The notes: a model not told the origin generated them from the sequence alone. DNA of 64,000 bases from Flavobacteriales bacterium (GCA_018609045.1 JABAYK010000009.1:57006-121005); one strand, 5' to 3'. Numbered from the stretch's first letter, positions 26,679 through 36,727 are shown. Numbers and translations: made by a program.

Positions 26679-29600
26679 TTATTTCAAAATCAACCTTTTT
26701 AAGATTTTATTTCCTTCAGTGGTTGAAATAGAAATTAAATACATTCCTTTTTCAAGCTGATTCAAATCTAAAGTTTCTCTTAATTGATTTGTTGATGTTT
26801 CAAAAACCACACTTCCTAAAACATCTGAAATTGAAATTTTTCTTAGGGTTGAATTCTCAAAAACTATATTCAATTCTCCGTTTGAAGGATTCGGAAACAT
26901 CTCAAAATTTTGTTTATTAATCTCAGGTAAACCAACAGTTGAGTTTAAGGTTACTTGCAAAGTTTCATTACAATTATTGTAATCTGTTACAGTTACCGTG
27001 TAACTACCTCCTGCTAATCCGTTAACATCTTGTGTAGTTTGGCTTGTATTGCTCCAAGCATACTTGTACGGCAATGTTCCGCCAGTTACATTAATATCAA
27101 TTGATCCATTATTTCCAGGGTCGCTTTCAGAAACAGTATTGTTTAAAGTAACCACCAAAACCAAAGGCTCTGTAATTTGAACGGTTGTTAACACCGAATC
27201 CATATTGGCATCAACAACAGTTACAGCATATGTATTTGGGCAAAGGTTTGATGCCGTTGCCCCAGTTTGATTGCCAGTATTGGCATCCCAATAATAATTG
27301 TATGGTCCAACTCCACTTATACCTTGTACAGTTGCTTCACCATCACAATCACCATTGCATGTAATATCTGTTTTATTAGTAATGGTTGCTAATAAGTTAT
27401 TGCCTATTTTAAAAGCCACAGAAGTTATGTTACTTGTGCTATCATCTGCCTCTACAACCACAATTGGAAAAGTTTCGCCTTTGGCAAACCATCTAAACTG
27501 GTAAACAGTTTCAACAGTATTTAATTGAGGAATATTTTGCCATCCAAGCAAGGAGTGCCCCCAAATACTATCCATAGAAATTTGCTGTGTTCTTTGTCTA
27601 ATTGCACTGTAATTTCCAGCAGGAATTATCATATTTCCATATCCATCAATTTTACTGATATTGGTAATAATTCTTTTAACCCTAATTGAGTCGAATATTT
27701 GAACTGTGGTATCTAATGAGCTATCTATTACAGTTGTAGAAACAAAACTTTGACCAAACGAAATAGGAAACTCTAAATCTTTTAAAGAAGGATTAAACTG
27801 AATAGCAGCTAAACCTCCTAAACCAAAAGCATCGGCAACAATTCCTTCTACAACTAAACTTGATGAGGTTTTATTTACGTACGCTGTGTCATTTTTTCTA
27901 GCAATTACCAGGTTGGCATTGGGAAATTTCACGCCATTAACTGTATTGGCAGGATTCAAAAAGCTTATGGTATCTAAAGTTCCAATTTGAAGATTGTTAA
28001 AATTCCAATTTGTATTGCCAACAGAAGAAATATCAACATTCGGAATTGTAGGGTCAAATGCCAAATAAGCAACATCACCTGGTGCGCCAAACTCATTGCT
28101 GAAATAAGTGATTCCTTGGCTTACTCCTGAAAAAGGAACAAACACACTTAAAGTTGAAGAACAATTATTGGCATCAGTTACTGTTAGTGAGTAATTTCCA
28201 GTAGTTAAACCAAAAATATCTTGCATTGTATCTCCATTACTCCAAGCATAACTATAGGGAGAAGTACCTCCTGAAACTGTTGCATCAATAGCACCATCAT
28301 TTCCTGCTGAAGTTTCTGAAGTTACAGAAACCGTATCCGCTATTAATACTGAAGGCTGAGCAATGTTTCCTGATGCAATTGCAGAATCATTTGTTGCGTC
28401 ATAAACAGTTACAAAGAAGTTTCCAAAGCAAAGTCCGTTGGCTAAAGTATCGGTTTGGCTATTGCTCCACTTGTATGTATAAGGAGTTGCTCCCCCAGCA
28501 GCTATAACTTTAGCTTCCCCATCGCAAGTATTAAAGCAACTAGCATTATTTATAACAGTAGTTGAGGCGGTTAAACTTGCCGCTGCATTTGGCACAAAAA
28601 AGCTTAAACTATCCATACAACCATTTGCATCGGTTACAGTTAATGAGTAATTTCCAGTAGCTAAACCACTAATATCTTGAGAGGTATCAAGCGTACTCCA
28701 TAAATTACTGTATGGAGTTGTTCCTCCTGTTACATTCACATCAATAGCTCCATCGTTGCCAAAAGCACTTTCAGGGGTAATTAAATTAGTATCAATATTT
28801 AATGCTGCACTTGGTTGACTTAAATTAATTAATGAAGTTGCACTATCACCAAAAACATCATAAACAGTAACGTGGTAAAGTCCTGCGCAAAGTGCAGATG
28901 CAGTGTCATTGGTTTGATTTCCAGAGTTTGAAGACCACTGATAAGTATAAGGTTGTGTTCCGCCAACTACATCAACAATAGCAAAACCATCGCAGCTATT
29001 AAAACAGTTTGGGCCTTGAAAAACAGAAATAGAAGCAGACATATTTCCACCTAATAAAAATTTTGCAGAAGTAATATTTCCACCTGCGCCTGATACTTCG
29101 GCCTCAAAAACTTGGTATTTATTTAAAGAACTATACCAAATGTATTTATGGATTGTAGAGCTAGTAGTGGCATTTAATGGCGCCAAGGCCCAGGCTCCTC
29201 CAGTGGTATGAGTATATAAAGTATCAATTTGAGTTTCTACTCGATATTGTCTTATTGAGTTAAAAGTTCCGGCCGGAGTAGTGATAAAGCCATAACCATC
29301 AATTTTAGAATTGTAAATAATAGTTCTCTTTATTCTTATTGAATCGAAATTGAATAATGGAGGAATAACAATACTTGTATCTGTTGTGGTATCAATTACC
29401 GTTGAAACTAAAAATGAATCGAGATAAGTTGCAGGAAAATTTAATAAGGTTAAATCTGGATTAAAATTAACAGCATAAATATTTCCATCACCAAACAAAT
29501 CGCCTGCTTGGCCATCAATTGCTCTAAATCCAGCATTATTATTAAAATAAGTAAGGTCATTATCATTTCCAGTAACTTCTGTGGCAACAGGAAAAATAGT

Positions 29601-29846
29601 AGAGAAACCTGTAGTCTGTGGGTTTGCAAAGTAAATTGTATCTAAAACTCCGAAACCAATCGATGAGAAATTCCAAGTTTGCTGACCAGTACTTCCAACT
29701 GAAATACTCGCTGTTGGGTTGTTATTTACGGCCAAAAAAATACTATCGCCTATTGTGCCAAAATCTGAACTATTAACAGTTATTTGAGCTGTTGATTGTA
29801 AGGCAAAGGCTAATAAAAATAAAGAGTAAATTTTTTTCATATTCAA
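26679..29846 (-). CDS. large SprB-repeat cell-surface protein with T9SS C-terminal sorting domain
   Basis: 1055 aa with a signal peptide. Several SprB-type repeats (C..CDG.A.V...GG..PY.Y.W; GNDGAIDV.V.GGT.PYS..WS...T..DI.GL..GNYSLTVTDANGC). An internal duplication of a ~250-aa N-terminal module. C-terminal tail FEMFPNPSNGELNIVF...GMYLISISTTEGNKILKRLILK. Confidence 0.8.
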   Translation of the reverse strand: MNMKKIYSLFLLAFALQSTAQITVNSSDFGTIGDSIFLAVNNNPTASISVGSTGQQTWNFSSIGFGVLDTIYFANPQTTGFSTIFPVATEVTGNDNDLTYFNNNAGFRAIDGQAGDLFGDGNIYAVNFNPDLTLLNFPATYLDSFLVSTVIDTTTDTSIVIPPLFNFDSIRIKRTIIYNSKIDGYGFITTPAGTFNSIRQYRVETQIDTLYTHTTGGAWALAPLNATTSSTIHKYIWYSSLNKYQVFEAEVSGAGGNITSAKFLLGGNMSASISVFQGPNCFNSCDGFAIVDVVGGTQPYTYQWSSNSGNQTNDTASALCAGLYHVTVYDVFGDSATSLINLSQPSAALNIDTNLITPESAFGNDGAIDVNVTGGTTPYSNLWSTLDTSQDISGLATGNYSLTVTDANGCMDSLSFFVPNAAASLTASTTVINNASCFNTCDGEAKVIAAGGATPYTYKWSNSQTDTLANGLCFGNFFVTVYDATNDSAIASGNIAQPSVLIADTVSVTSETSAGNDGAIDATVSGGTSPYSYAWSNGDTMQDIFGLTTGNYSLTVTDANNCSSTLSVFVPFSGVSQGITYFSNEFGAPGDVAYLAFDPTIPNVDISSVGNTNWNFNNLQIGTLDTISFLNPANTVNGVKFPNANLVIARKNDTAYVNKTSSSLVVEGIVADAFGLGGLAAIQFNPSLKDLEFPISFGQSFVSTTVIDSSLDTTVQIFDSIRVKRIITNISKIDGYGNMIIPAGNYSAIRQRTQQISMDSIWGHSLLGWQNIPQLNTVETVYQFRWFAKGETFPIVVVEADDSTSNITSVAFKIGNNLLATITNKTDITCNGDCDGEATVQGISGVGPYNYYWDANTGNQTGATASNLCPNTYAVTVVDANMDSVLTTVQITEPLVLVVTLNNTVSESDPGNNGSIDINVTGGTLPYKYAWSNTSQTTQDVNGLAGGSYTVTVTDYNNCNETLQVTLNSTVGLPEINKQNFEMFPNPSNGELNIVFENSTLRKISISDVLGSVVFETSTNQLRETLDLNQLEKGMYLISISTTEGNKILKRLILK

Positions 29847-29931
29847 TTAATAATTGGCCGTAAAAATAGTGATATTTTAAGTGTTTGATATTTATTCATT
29901 TAAATGCTTTTTGGTGCTTATTTTTGCACCA

Positions 29932-30267
29932 ATGGAAACACTTAGACAACAGAAGGTATCGAGGTTAATTCAAAAAGAATTGGCTGGTATTTTTTTAAAA
30001 GTAACACCCGGTTTTATACCCGGCAAAATGGTTACTGTTACACAGGTTAGAATTTCTCCCGATTTACTCGAAGTAAAAGCTTACCTGAGTGTTTTTCCTT
30101 CTAAAGATGCAGACGAGGTTCTAAAAATGATTAGAACTAAAACTCCTGAAATAAGATTAAGTCTTGGGAATATTTTAAAAAAGAACTTACGTCGAATTCC
30201 AAATTTGAGCTTTTTTATCGACGACTCTTTAGATTACGCTGAAAGAATTGACGAGCTTTTAAAGTAA
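29932..30267 (+). CDS. rbfA: ribosome-binding factor A
   Basis: The track ORF starts at GTG 29881. ATG 29932 gives METLRQQKVSRLIQKELAGIF, a typical RbfA N-terminus. A TATTTTTG box at 29919-29926 lies inside the extended ORF. Confidence 0.85.
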   Translation: METLRQQKVSRLIQKELAGIFLKVTPGFIPGKMVTVTQVRISPDLLEVKAYLSVFPSKDADEVLKMIRTKTPEIRLSLGNILKKNLRRIPNLSFFIDDSLDYAERIDELLK

Positions 30268-30274
30268 ATTTGGT

Positions 30275-31504
30275 TTGAAAAACTTCCCATTTTTTGTAGC
30301 CTTTCGTTATTTAATTGCCAAAAAAAGCAGGAATGTTATCAATATCATCACAGCCATTTCAATGGGAGGAATTGCCATTGGATCTTTGGCACTTATTGTA
30401 ATTTTATCCGCCTTTAATGGCTTAGAAAAATTAGTAGAATCACTCTACAGCTCCTTCGACCCTGATATAAAAATAACAGCAACACTAGGCAAAACCTTTA
30501 ACGAAGAAACTTTTCCAGAAGATGAAATTTTGAATCTTGAAGGCATTATTGGCGGAACCAAAGTTTTAGAAGAAACTGTGGTTTTAAAATACAACCAAAA
30601 GCAAACATTTGCCACCATAAAAGGAGTTGAAGAAAGCTTTTTACTCCATTCAGGAATTGATTCTATGATTTACGAAGGCGAGTTAATTTTAGAAAAAGAA
30701 GATTTGAACTATTCTGTTATTGGCTATGGCATTGCAGATAAAATTGGACTTTACCTTGACAATGCCCTTCAACCCATTTTCATTTATGCAGCAAAAAACA
30801 CAAAGCAGGTAAACCCGAATTTAGCAGATGCTTTTAGGGTACAGCCTATTATGCCTGCAGGTATTTTTGCCATAAACCCCGATTTTGACAACAAATATGC
30901 TTTGGTACCTTATCATTTCGCCCAAAGCTTATTGATGAAAAACGACCAAATGTCGGCTTATGAAATTTCATTAAAACCAAACATAAACCCAGAGATACTA
31001 AAAGCAGAAATCGATAAAATTTTAGGCCCAGATTATCAAGTTCAAACAAAATATCAGCTAAATGAAATAATTTACAAAACCAATAAAACAGAAAAGTGGG
31101 TAACCTTTTTAATATTGAGTTTTGTGCTTGTAGTAGCCACTTTTAATTTAATTGGCAACCTCGCCATGCTCATTATAGATAAAAGAGAAGACCTTTTTAC
31201 CTTAAGAAGTTTAGGAGCTACAGAAAATACCGTTTTCAAAATATTTTTAATTGAAGGATTATTAATAAGCTTGGTTGGTGGGGTTGGTGGAATAGGTTTT
31301 GGACTTTTGCTTACTTGGGCTCAACAAACAATTGGTATTGTGCCTTTGCAGGGAGTAATTGTAGAATATTACCCCATGGCCATTGAATTGTTTGACATAA
31401 TTGTGGTATTTACAACAGTTATTTTTATTGGGTTTGCCGCATCTTACCTTCCTGCCAAAATACTAACAAAGCGCTATTTCAATACATTAACTAGAGAGGT
31501 TTAA
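30275..31504 (+). CDS. FtsX-like ABC transporter permease (LolC/E-like)
   Basis: 409 aa. N-terminal FRYLIAKKSRNVINIIT, a large periplasmic loop, and a C-terminal FtsX 3-TM bundle (DKREDLFTLRSLGAT...). Confidence 0.8.
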   Translation: MKNFPFFVAFRYLIAKKSRNVINIITAISMGGIAIGSLALIVILSAFNGLEKLVESLYSSFDPDIKITATLGKTFNEETFPEDEILNLEGIIGGTKVLEETVVLKYNQKQTFATIKGVEESFLLHSGIDSMIYEGELILEKEDLNYSVIGYGIADKIGLYLDNALQPIFIYAAKNTKQVNPNLADAFRVQPIMPAGIFAINPDFDNKYALVPYHFAQSLLMKNDQMSAYEISLKPNINPEILKAEIDKILGPDYQVQTKYQLNEIIYKTNKTEKWVTFLILSFVLVVATFNLIGNLAMLIIDKREDLFTLRSLGATENTVFKIFLIEGLLISLVGGVGGIGFGLLLTWAQQTIGIVPLQGVIVEYYPMAIELFDIIVVFTTVIFIGFAASYLPAKILTKRYFNTLTREV

Positions 31505-31571
31505 GTTCTCAATAATTTTATCTGAACAAAAAGTAGCTTAAACCCTTATTTTAGCAACCCAATTTAAAACC

Positions 31572-34043
31572 ATGAGGAAACTATTTAGCATTGCATTTGC
31601 ATTTTTTTTAGTTGGCACTTTAGTAGCTCAGAAATCATCATCTGAAATTTTACTTGATTTAAAAAAGCTAAAAAAGCCTGGAAGTGTTTTGTATATCGCG
31701 GCTCATCCTGATGATGAAAACACAAGACTAATTGCCTATTTATCGAAAGGAGAATTAATAAGAACTGCCTATTTATCCTTAACTCGAGGTGATGGAGGTC
31801 AAAACTTAATCGGTGCAGAAAAAGGAGAATATATTGGTTTGTTAAGAACACAAGAATTGCTTGAAGCTAGAAAATTAGATGGTGGCGGCCAATTTTTTAC
31901 CCGTGCTGTAGATTTTGGATATTCAAAAAGCTCTGAAGAAACTTTAGAAAAATGGGATAAAGATGTTGTTTTAGAAGACATGGTTTGGGCCATTAGAAAA
32001 TTTAAACCCGAGGTAATGATTACGAGGTTTCCACCTAATAATTATGCAGGTCATGGCCATCATTCAGCATCAGCAATTTTGGCCGAAGAGGCTTTTGACA
32101 AAGCCGCAGACCCAAACTTTGCCGCATACCAGCTTAAATATGTAGAGGTTTGGCAGCCAAAATCGTTGTATTTTAATACATCTAGTTGGTGGGACAAAAC
32201 CATTCCCGAACAAGCCAAAAACAACGAAGACTTTATTAAGCTAGACATAGGTACTTTTAATCCAGAGTTGGGTCAATGGCATAACGAAATAGCATCTTTA
32301 GCTCGATCAAAACATAAAAGCCAAGGCTTTGGAACCACTTCGGCAAGAGGTTCTGAAACCGAATACATAAAATTTGTAAAAGGTGAAAAAAGAACCAATG
32401 GCTTATTTAATGAAAATGAAATTTCTTGGAAAGGAATTTCGAATGGCGAAAAAATTGAAAAGTCAATCAATGAAATCACAGAAAATTTTAATCCCCAAAT
32501 TCCTGCCAATAGCGTAAAGGCTCTTTTGAGTTTAAAAGCTGAAATTGGTAAAATTAATTTCCCTCAAAAAAACATCAAATTGAAGGAGGTTGACAACCTA
32601 ATTGTTTCCTGCTTAGGATTATACACAGAGGTTTTAACCGATCGAGAATTTACTTCCTCAAACCTAGACGCTAATAATTTCGAGTTAAATATTATAAATC
32701 CTAGCAACTTACCAGTTTTGGTTAAAAATGTAAAACCGAGTTACTCTCAAACTGAAATTAAAATTGAAAAAACGGCAGAAAACAACAAAGTTTTGAAAGA
32801 AAACCTAGTATTTAAAGCTATTGATGCCCAAATATCTCAACCCTATTGGCTTTTTGAGAATTTCACCAATATGTTTTATGTAGAAAATCAAGAAAATGTT
32901 GGTTTGCCACAAAACAACCCTTTTGTAAACTTTGAAATTACTTTTGAAATTGAAAACCAAACAGTAACCATTAATCAAGCGGCAGAATACAAATGGAGAG
33001 ACCGGGTAAAAGGTGAACTCAGGGTAGATTTCAAAAATTATCCCTCATTAATGGTAACTCCTTCTGTAGATAATTTAGTTTACACCCAAAATGAATGGCA
33101 AAAAATAAGTGTAGTAGTTAAATCTCTTTTGGTTGGCGAAACCATTACCATAAAAGTAAGTATGCCAGAAGGTTGGGAAATTGAAAATGGAATCTCACAA
33201 TTAGAATTTGAAGAAATAGGCGAGGAAAAAACTGTAACTTTTAATGTTAAGCCTATTGTTGAAAGTAGTGAAGGAATAATAGTTTTTTCTGCATCAGGTA
33301 AAGATGGAGAAAGCTATGGAAGAGGTATAAAAACCATAGAATATGACCACATTACCAAACAAGTTCTTTTTCCAGTTTCTCAAGTAAAAGTTTTAAAACT
33401 CGATTTGAAACAAAACTTAAAAAAGATTGGCTATTTGATGGGCGCCGGAGATGAAGTTGCTGAATTGCTTCAAAACCTAGGCATTGAGGTAGTTCAACTT
33501 TCACCAAACGAATTAAACACCGCTGATTTAAGCAGTTTCGATGTTATTATTGGAGGAATAAGACTTTACAACACCCAAGAACAAATGGCATTTTGTAAAG
33601 ATGCTTTGTTGCAATACATGCAAAATGGTGGAACTTATGTGGTACAATATAACACAGCAGGAAGCGCAACAGATGGAATTGGCCCCTACCCTTTTAAAGT
33701 TTCAAGAACAAGGGTAACCAGAGAGGAAGCTCCGGCCAAAATACTTGACCCAAAACATCCTATTTTCAATTCACCTAACAAAATAACAGACAAAGATTTT
33801 GAAAATTGGGTTCAAGAAAGAGGTTTATACTTTGCTGAAGATTGGGATGAACAATACACTACCCTTATTTCTTGGAACGATCCAGGCGAAGAGCCTGCTG
33901 AAGGCGCGTTATTAGTAACAGATTATGGCAAAGGTGCTTTTGTTTATTGTGGAATAAGCTTTTTTAGGCAATTGCCAAAAGGAGTGCCCGGAGCTTATAG
34001 ATTACTTGCCAATATATTAAGCTACAAACCAAACCAACCTTAA
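31572..34043 (+). CDS. PIG-L (LmbE-like) family deacetylase with large C-terminal extension
   Basis: 823 aa with a signal peptide. PIG-L motif VLYIAAHPDDENTRLIAY...TRGDGGQN...HGHH. The C-terminal ~200 aa is ThuA/GATase-like (KIGYLMGAGDEV...GGTYVVQYN). Confidence 0.8.
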   Translation: MRKLFSIAFAFFLVGTLVAQKSSSEILLDLKKLKKPGSVLYIAAHPDDENTRLIAYLSKGELIRTAYLSLTRGDGGQNLIGAEKGEYIGLLRTQELLEARKLDGGGQFFTRAVDFGYSKSSEETLEKWDKDVVLEDMVWAIRKFKPEVMITRFPPNNYAGHGHHSASAILAEEAFDKAADPNFAAYQLKYVEVWQPKSLYFNTSSWWDKTIPEQAKNNEDFIKLDIGTFNPELGQWHNEIASLARSKHKSQGFGTTSARGSETEYIKFVKGEKRTNGLFNENEISWKGISNGEKIEKSINEITENFNPQIPANSVKALLSLKAEIGKINFPQKNIKLKEVDNLIVSCLGLYTEVLTDREFTSSNLDANNFELNIINPSNLPVLVKNVKPSYSQTEIKIEKTAENNKVLKENLVFKAIDAQISQPYWLFENFTNMFYVENQENVGLPQNNPFVNFEITFEIENQTVTINQAAEYKWRDRVKGELRVDFKNYPSLMVTPSVDNLVYTQNEWQKISVVVKSLLVGETITIKVSMPEGWEIENGISQLEFEEIGEEKTVTFNVKPIVESSEGIIVFSASGKDGESYGRGIKTIEYDHITKQVLFPVSQVKVLKLDLKQNLKKIGYLMGAGDEVAELLQNLGIEVVQLSPNELNTADLSSFDVIIGGIRLYNTQEQMAFCKDALLQYMQNGGTYVVQYNTAGSATDGIGPYPFKVSRTRVTREEAPAKILDPKHPIFNSPNKITDKDFENWVQERGLYFAEDWDEQYTTLISWNDPGEEPAEGALLVTDYGKGAFVYCGISFFRQLPKGVPGAYRLLANILSYKPNQP

Positions 34044-34147
34044 TGAAAAAGTTTTTTAACTCATGGTTTAGGGTGTACATTTTCGTATTGGCCTTTTTTG
34101 TTGCCAATGTGATATTTTTTGTTTGGTTTTCAAATTACTTTTCATGA
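34043..34147 (+). CDS. possible 34-aa hydrophobic small protein, translationally coupled on both sides
   Basis: ATG 34043 overlaps the PIG-L TAA by 1 nt. It encodes MKKFFNSWFRVYIFVLAFFVANVIFFVWFSNYFS. Its TGA (34145-34147) overlaps the ATG (34144) of the symporter (ATGA). No homology evidence. Confidence 0.35.
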   Translation: MKKFFNSWFRVYIFVLAFFVANVIFFVWFSNYFS

Positions 34148-35829
34148 GCGTTGCTGATTGGATTGTAATGTTATCTACCCTATTTGGCATTGTGGCTTAT
34201 GGGGTTTGGAAAACCAGAAAAAGCACTGATATTCATGGTTATTTGCGTGGTGGAAATACCATGGGTTGGGCTGTAATTGGTTTATCGGTAATGGCAACTC
34301 AGGCAAGTGCAATTACGTTTATTTCTGCACCTGGGCAGGCTTACGAAAACGGAATGGCATTCGTACAAAACTATTTTGGTTTGCCATTGGCACTCATTAT
34401 TGTATCGGCTGTATTTATTCCAATTTACTACAGACTTAACGTATTTACAGCGTATGAATATCTGGAAAAAAGATTTGATTTAAACACTCGCCTTTTAGCC
34501 GCTTTCTTGTTTTTGGTGCAACGTGGTTTAGCAGCCGGAATAACAATTTATGCTCCTGCTATTATCTTATCTGCGGCATTGGGATGGAACTTAACTTTCA
34601 CCATTTTATTCGTAGGCTTTTTGGTAATTATTTACACGGTTTCTGGAGGCACCAAAGCAGTTAGCTTAACCCAAAAATGGCAAATGGGCGTTATTATGGC
34701 GGGAATGTTCATCGCGTTTTTCACCATTTTAAGCAAGTTTCCTGAGGGCGTTGGAATGACCGAGGGTTTGGAAATTGCAGGCGCTATGAACAGGCTAAAT
34801 ATTGTTGATTTCTCATTCGATTTAGATGTGCGCTATACATTTTGGAGCGGTATTACAGGAGGCTTGTTTTTAGCCCTTTCTTATTTCGGCACAGACCAAT
34901 CTCAAGTGCAACGCTATTTAGGCGGCAAATCGGTTAAAGAAAGCAGACTAGGCTTAATGTTTAACGCCTTGCTAAAAATACCTATGCAGTTTTTTATCCT
35001 GTTATGCGGAATAATGGTATTTGTGTTTTTTCAGTTTCAGCAACATCAAGTTTTGTTTGACCAAGCCTCTGTAAACCTAATTCAAAACTCAGAATATGCT
35101 GAAGAATTTCAAAAAGTAGAGGATAAACATCAGGCAAACTATGTAGAAAAGCAAAATGCTATACAAGGATATTTATCTGCAAAAGAAGGAGATAAAGAAT
35201 ACGCAAAAAGTGAATTACTCAAATATGACGATAAAGAAAAAGAAATAAGAAACGAGGCTAAGGATGTTGTTAGAAAGGCTTTTCCGGGTAACGATGCCAA
35301 AGACTCTGACTATGTATTCCTATCGTTCATATTAAACTATTTGCCAAAAGGATTGGTGGGATTGCTGTTGGCTGTGATTATTTCGGCAGCTATGTCGTCT
35401 ACTTCAGGAGAGCTTAATGCATTGGGCACCACCACCATGATTGACTTTTACAAACGGTTACTCAAGAAAAATGGCTCAGAAAGGTATTATGTAAATGCTT
35501 CTAAAATTATTACAGCAATTTGGGGTTTTATAGCAATAGGATTCGCTTTGGTGGCTAATTTATTAGAAAACCTAATAGAGGCCGTAAACATTTTAGGCTC
35601 ATTATTTTACGGAACTATTTTAGGGATATTTATTGTAGCTTTTTTCTTAAAGCGAGTTGGAGCCTTTGCAGTTTTTTACGCTGCAATTGTTGCTGAACTT
35701 TTGGTAATTGGAGTCTTTTTCTTTTACTCAGATGTTATTGCTTATTTATGGCTAAACGTAATAGGTTGTTTTTTGGTAATCCTTCTTTCTACTCTTATCA
35801 ATAATCTTAGGAGTTTTATTAGATCTTAG
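34144..35829 (+). CDS. sodium:solute symporter (SSS family)
   Basis: Track ORF 34123..35829. ATG 34144 gives MSVADWIVMLSTLFGIVAYGVWKTRKS, typical of the SSS family. About 13 TM segments and a GGTKAV-type motif (YTVSGGTKAVSLTQKWQ). Confidence 0.85.
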   Translation: MSVADWIVMLSTLFGIVAYGVWKTRKSTDIHGYLRGGNTMGWAVIGLSVMATQASAITFISAPGQAYENGMAFVQNYFGLPLALIIVSAVFIPIYYRLNVFTAYEYLEKRFDLNTRLLAAFLFLVQRGLAAGITIYAPAIILSAALGWNLTFTILFVGFLVIIYTVSGGTKAVSLTQKWQMGVIMAGMFIAFFTILSKFPEGVGMTEGLEIAGAMNRLNIVDFSFDLDVRYTFWSGITGGLFLALSYFGTDQSQVQRYLGGKSVKESRLGLMFNALLKIPMQFFILLCGIMVFVFFQFQQHQVLFDQASVNLIQNSEYAEEFQKVEDKHQANYVEKQNAIQGYLSAKEGDKEYAKSELLKYDDKEKEIRNEAKDVVRKAFPGNDAKDSDYVFLSFILNYLPKGLVGLLLAVIISAAMSSTSGELNALGTTTMIDFYKRLLKKNGSERYYVNASKIITAIWGFIAIGFALVANLLENLIEAVNILGSLFYGTILGIFIVAFFLKRVGAFAVFYAAIVAELLVIGVFFFYSDVIAYLWLNVIGCFLVILLSTLINNLRSFIRS

Positions 35830-36688
35830 TGCTCCACTCTTTCATCAAATAATCAATTTCATCTTTTACCTCATTTTGCTGAAAAGCATTTAAGTACCTA
35901 TCTTTTTGCAAAACCATTTTGGCCTTTTCCATTTCCTTAACTGCCTTATCAAAATTGTTTGATTTAGCGTAAAATTTGGCTAACCAAAAATAACCTTCCC
36001 AATTTCTTGGGTCTTGTTCAACTACTAATCTTAACCAATTTTCAGGCTCTTGGCTATCAATATTTGCTTCAATAGAATACTTTGAGGCTAAAAGGAACTT
36101 TTTGGTTTCTTTTTTATTTGCCTTACTTAAGTCTTTTACCATTTTATCATAAAAATCATCATCATTAATTCCAATGGTCAAAAAGAAGGTTTGATCACCT
36201 AAAACAAAGGTTACTGCACTGTAATTCAATCCGCCTTGATTTGGCATTACCATAAACGATTGTCCTTGAACTCTACATTCAAACTCAGGAAGCCTTTCAA
36301 GTGGGAATGAAAATACTTTTATACCTTCTTCAGCGCGCAATTCATCCTCATTTAAATCATTTGGTAAGTCTTCAGGCTCAAGAACCAAATAAACTTGATC
36401 TTCTAACATTTTGAAACCTCCTATATAATTCCCTTTTGGCAAATTCATTTCACTGAAGCTCATGTCTTTATTGGTTCTAACAATAAAATAGGTTCTTCCT
36501 CCAGGGTAATATGCTTTATCTGCTTGTAAAATTGTTTCAATCGGCTCTTCAATCGAAATAGCCTTGAAGGTAAATTCTACTTCGCCTGTGCCAACTCTTT
36601 GAAAAACCGTAAATGATGGATTTGAAGTTGGAATTTGAGCAAAAACTAAACTTGGAATTAAAGCTAAAAGAAACAATATTTTTTTCAT
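35819..36688 (-). CDS. secreted/lipoprotein-like protein, possible DUF2911-like beta domain plus C-terminal TPR; last gene of the MNIO operon
   Basis: The track ORF extends to 36709. ATG 36688 gives MKKILFLLALIPSLVFAQ, a signal peptide. C-terminal TPR-like helix pair (WEGYFWLAKFYAKSNNFDKAVKEMEKA). Same strand as the DUF2063 gene, 39 nt downstream of it. Confidence 0.55.
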   Translation of the reverse strand: MKKILFLLALIPSLVFAQIPTSNPSFTVFQRVGTGEVEFTFKAISIEEPIETILQADKAYYPGGRTYFIVRTNKDMSFSEMNLPKGNYIGGFKMLEDQVYLVLEPEDLPNDLNEDELRAEEGIKVFSFPLERLPEFECRVQGQSFMVMPNQGGLNYSAVTFVLGDQTFFLTIGINDDDFYDKMVKDLSKANKKETKKFLLASKYSIEANIDSQEPENWLRLVVEQDPRNWEGYFWLAKFYAKSNNFDKAVKEMEKAKMVLQKDRYLNAFQQNEVKDEIDYLMKEWSTKI

Positions 36689-36727
36689 AACTAATTTTTG
36701 TGCGGGCAAATCTAATGATTTGAGACT

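Noticed and set aside
29919-29926. TATTTTTG -7-like box upstream of rbfA as a confident promoter.
   Set aside because: It lies only 5 nt from the ATG and would imply an essentially leaderless mRNA. It is mentioned only as support against the longer GTG-extended ORF, not as a called promoter.
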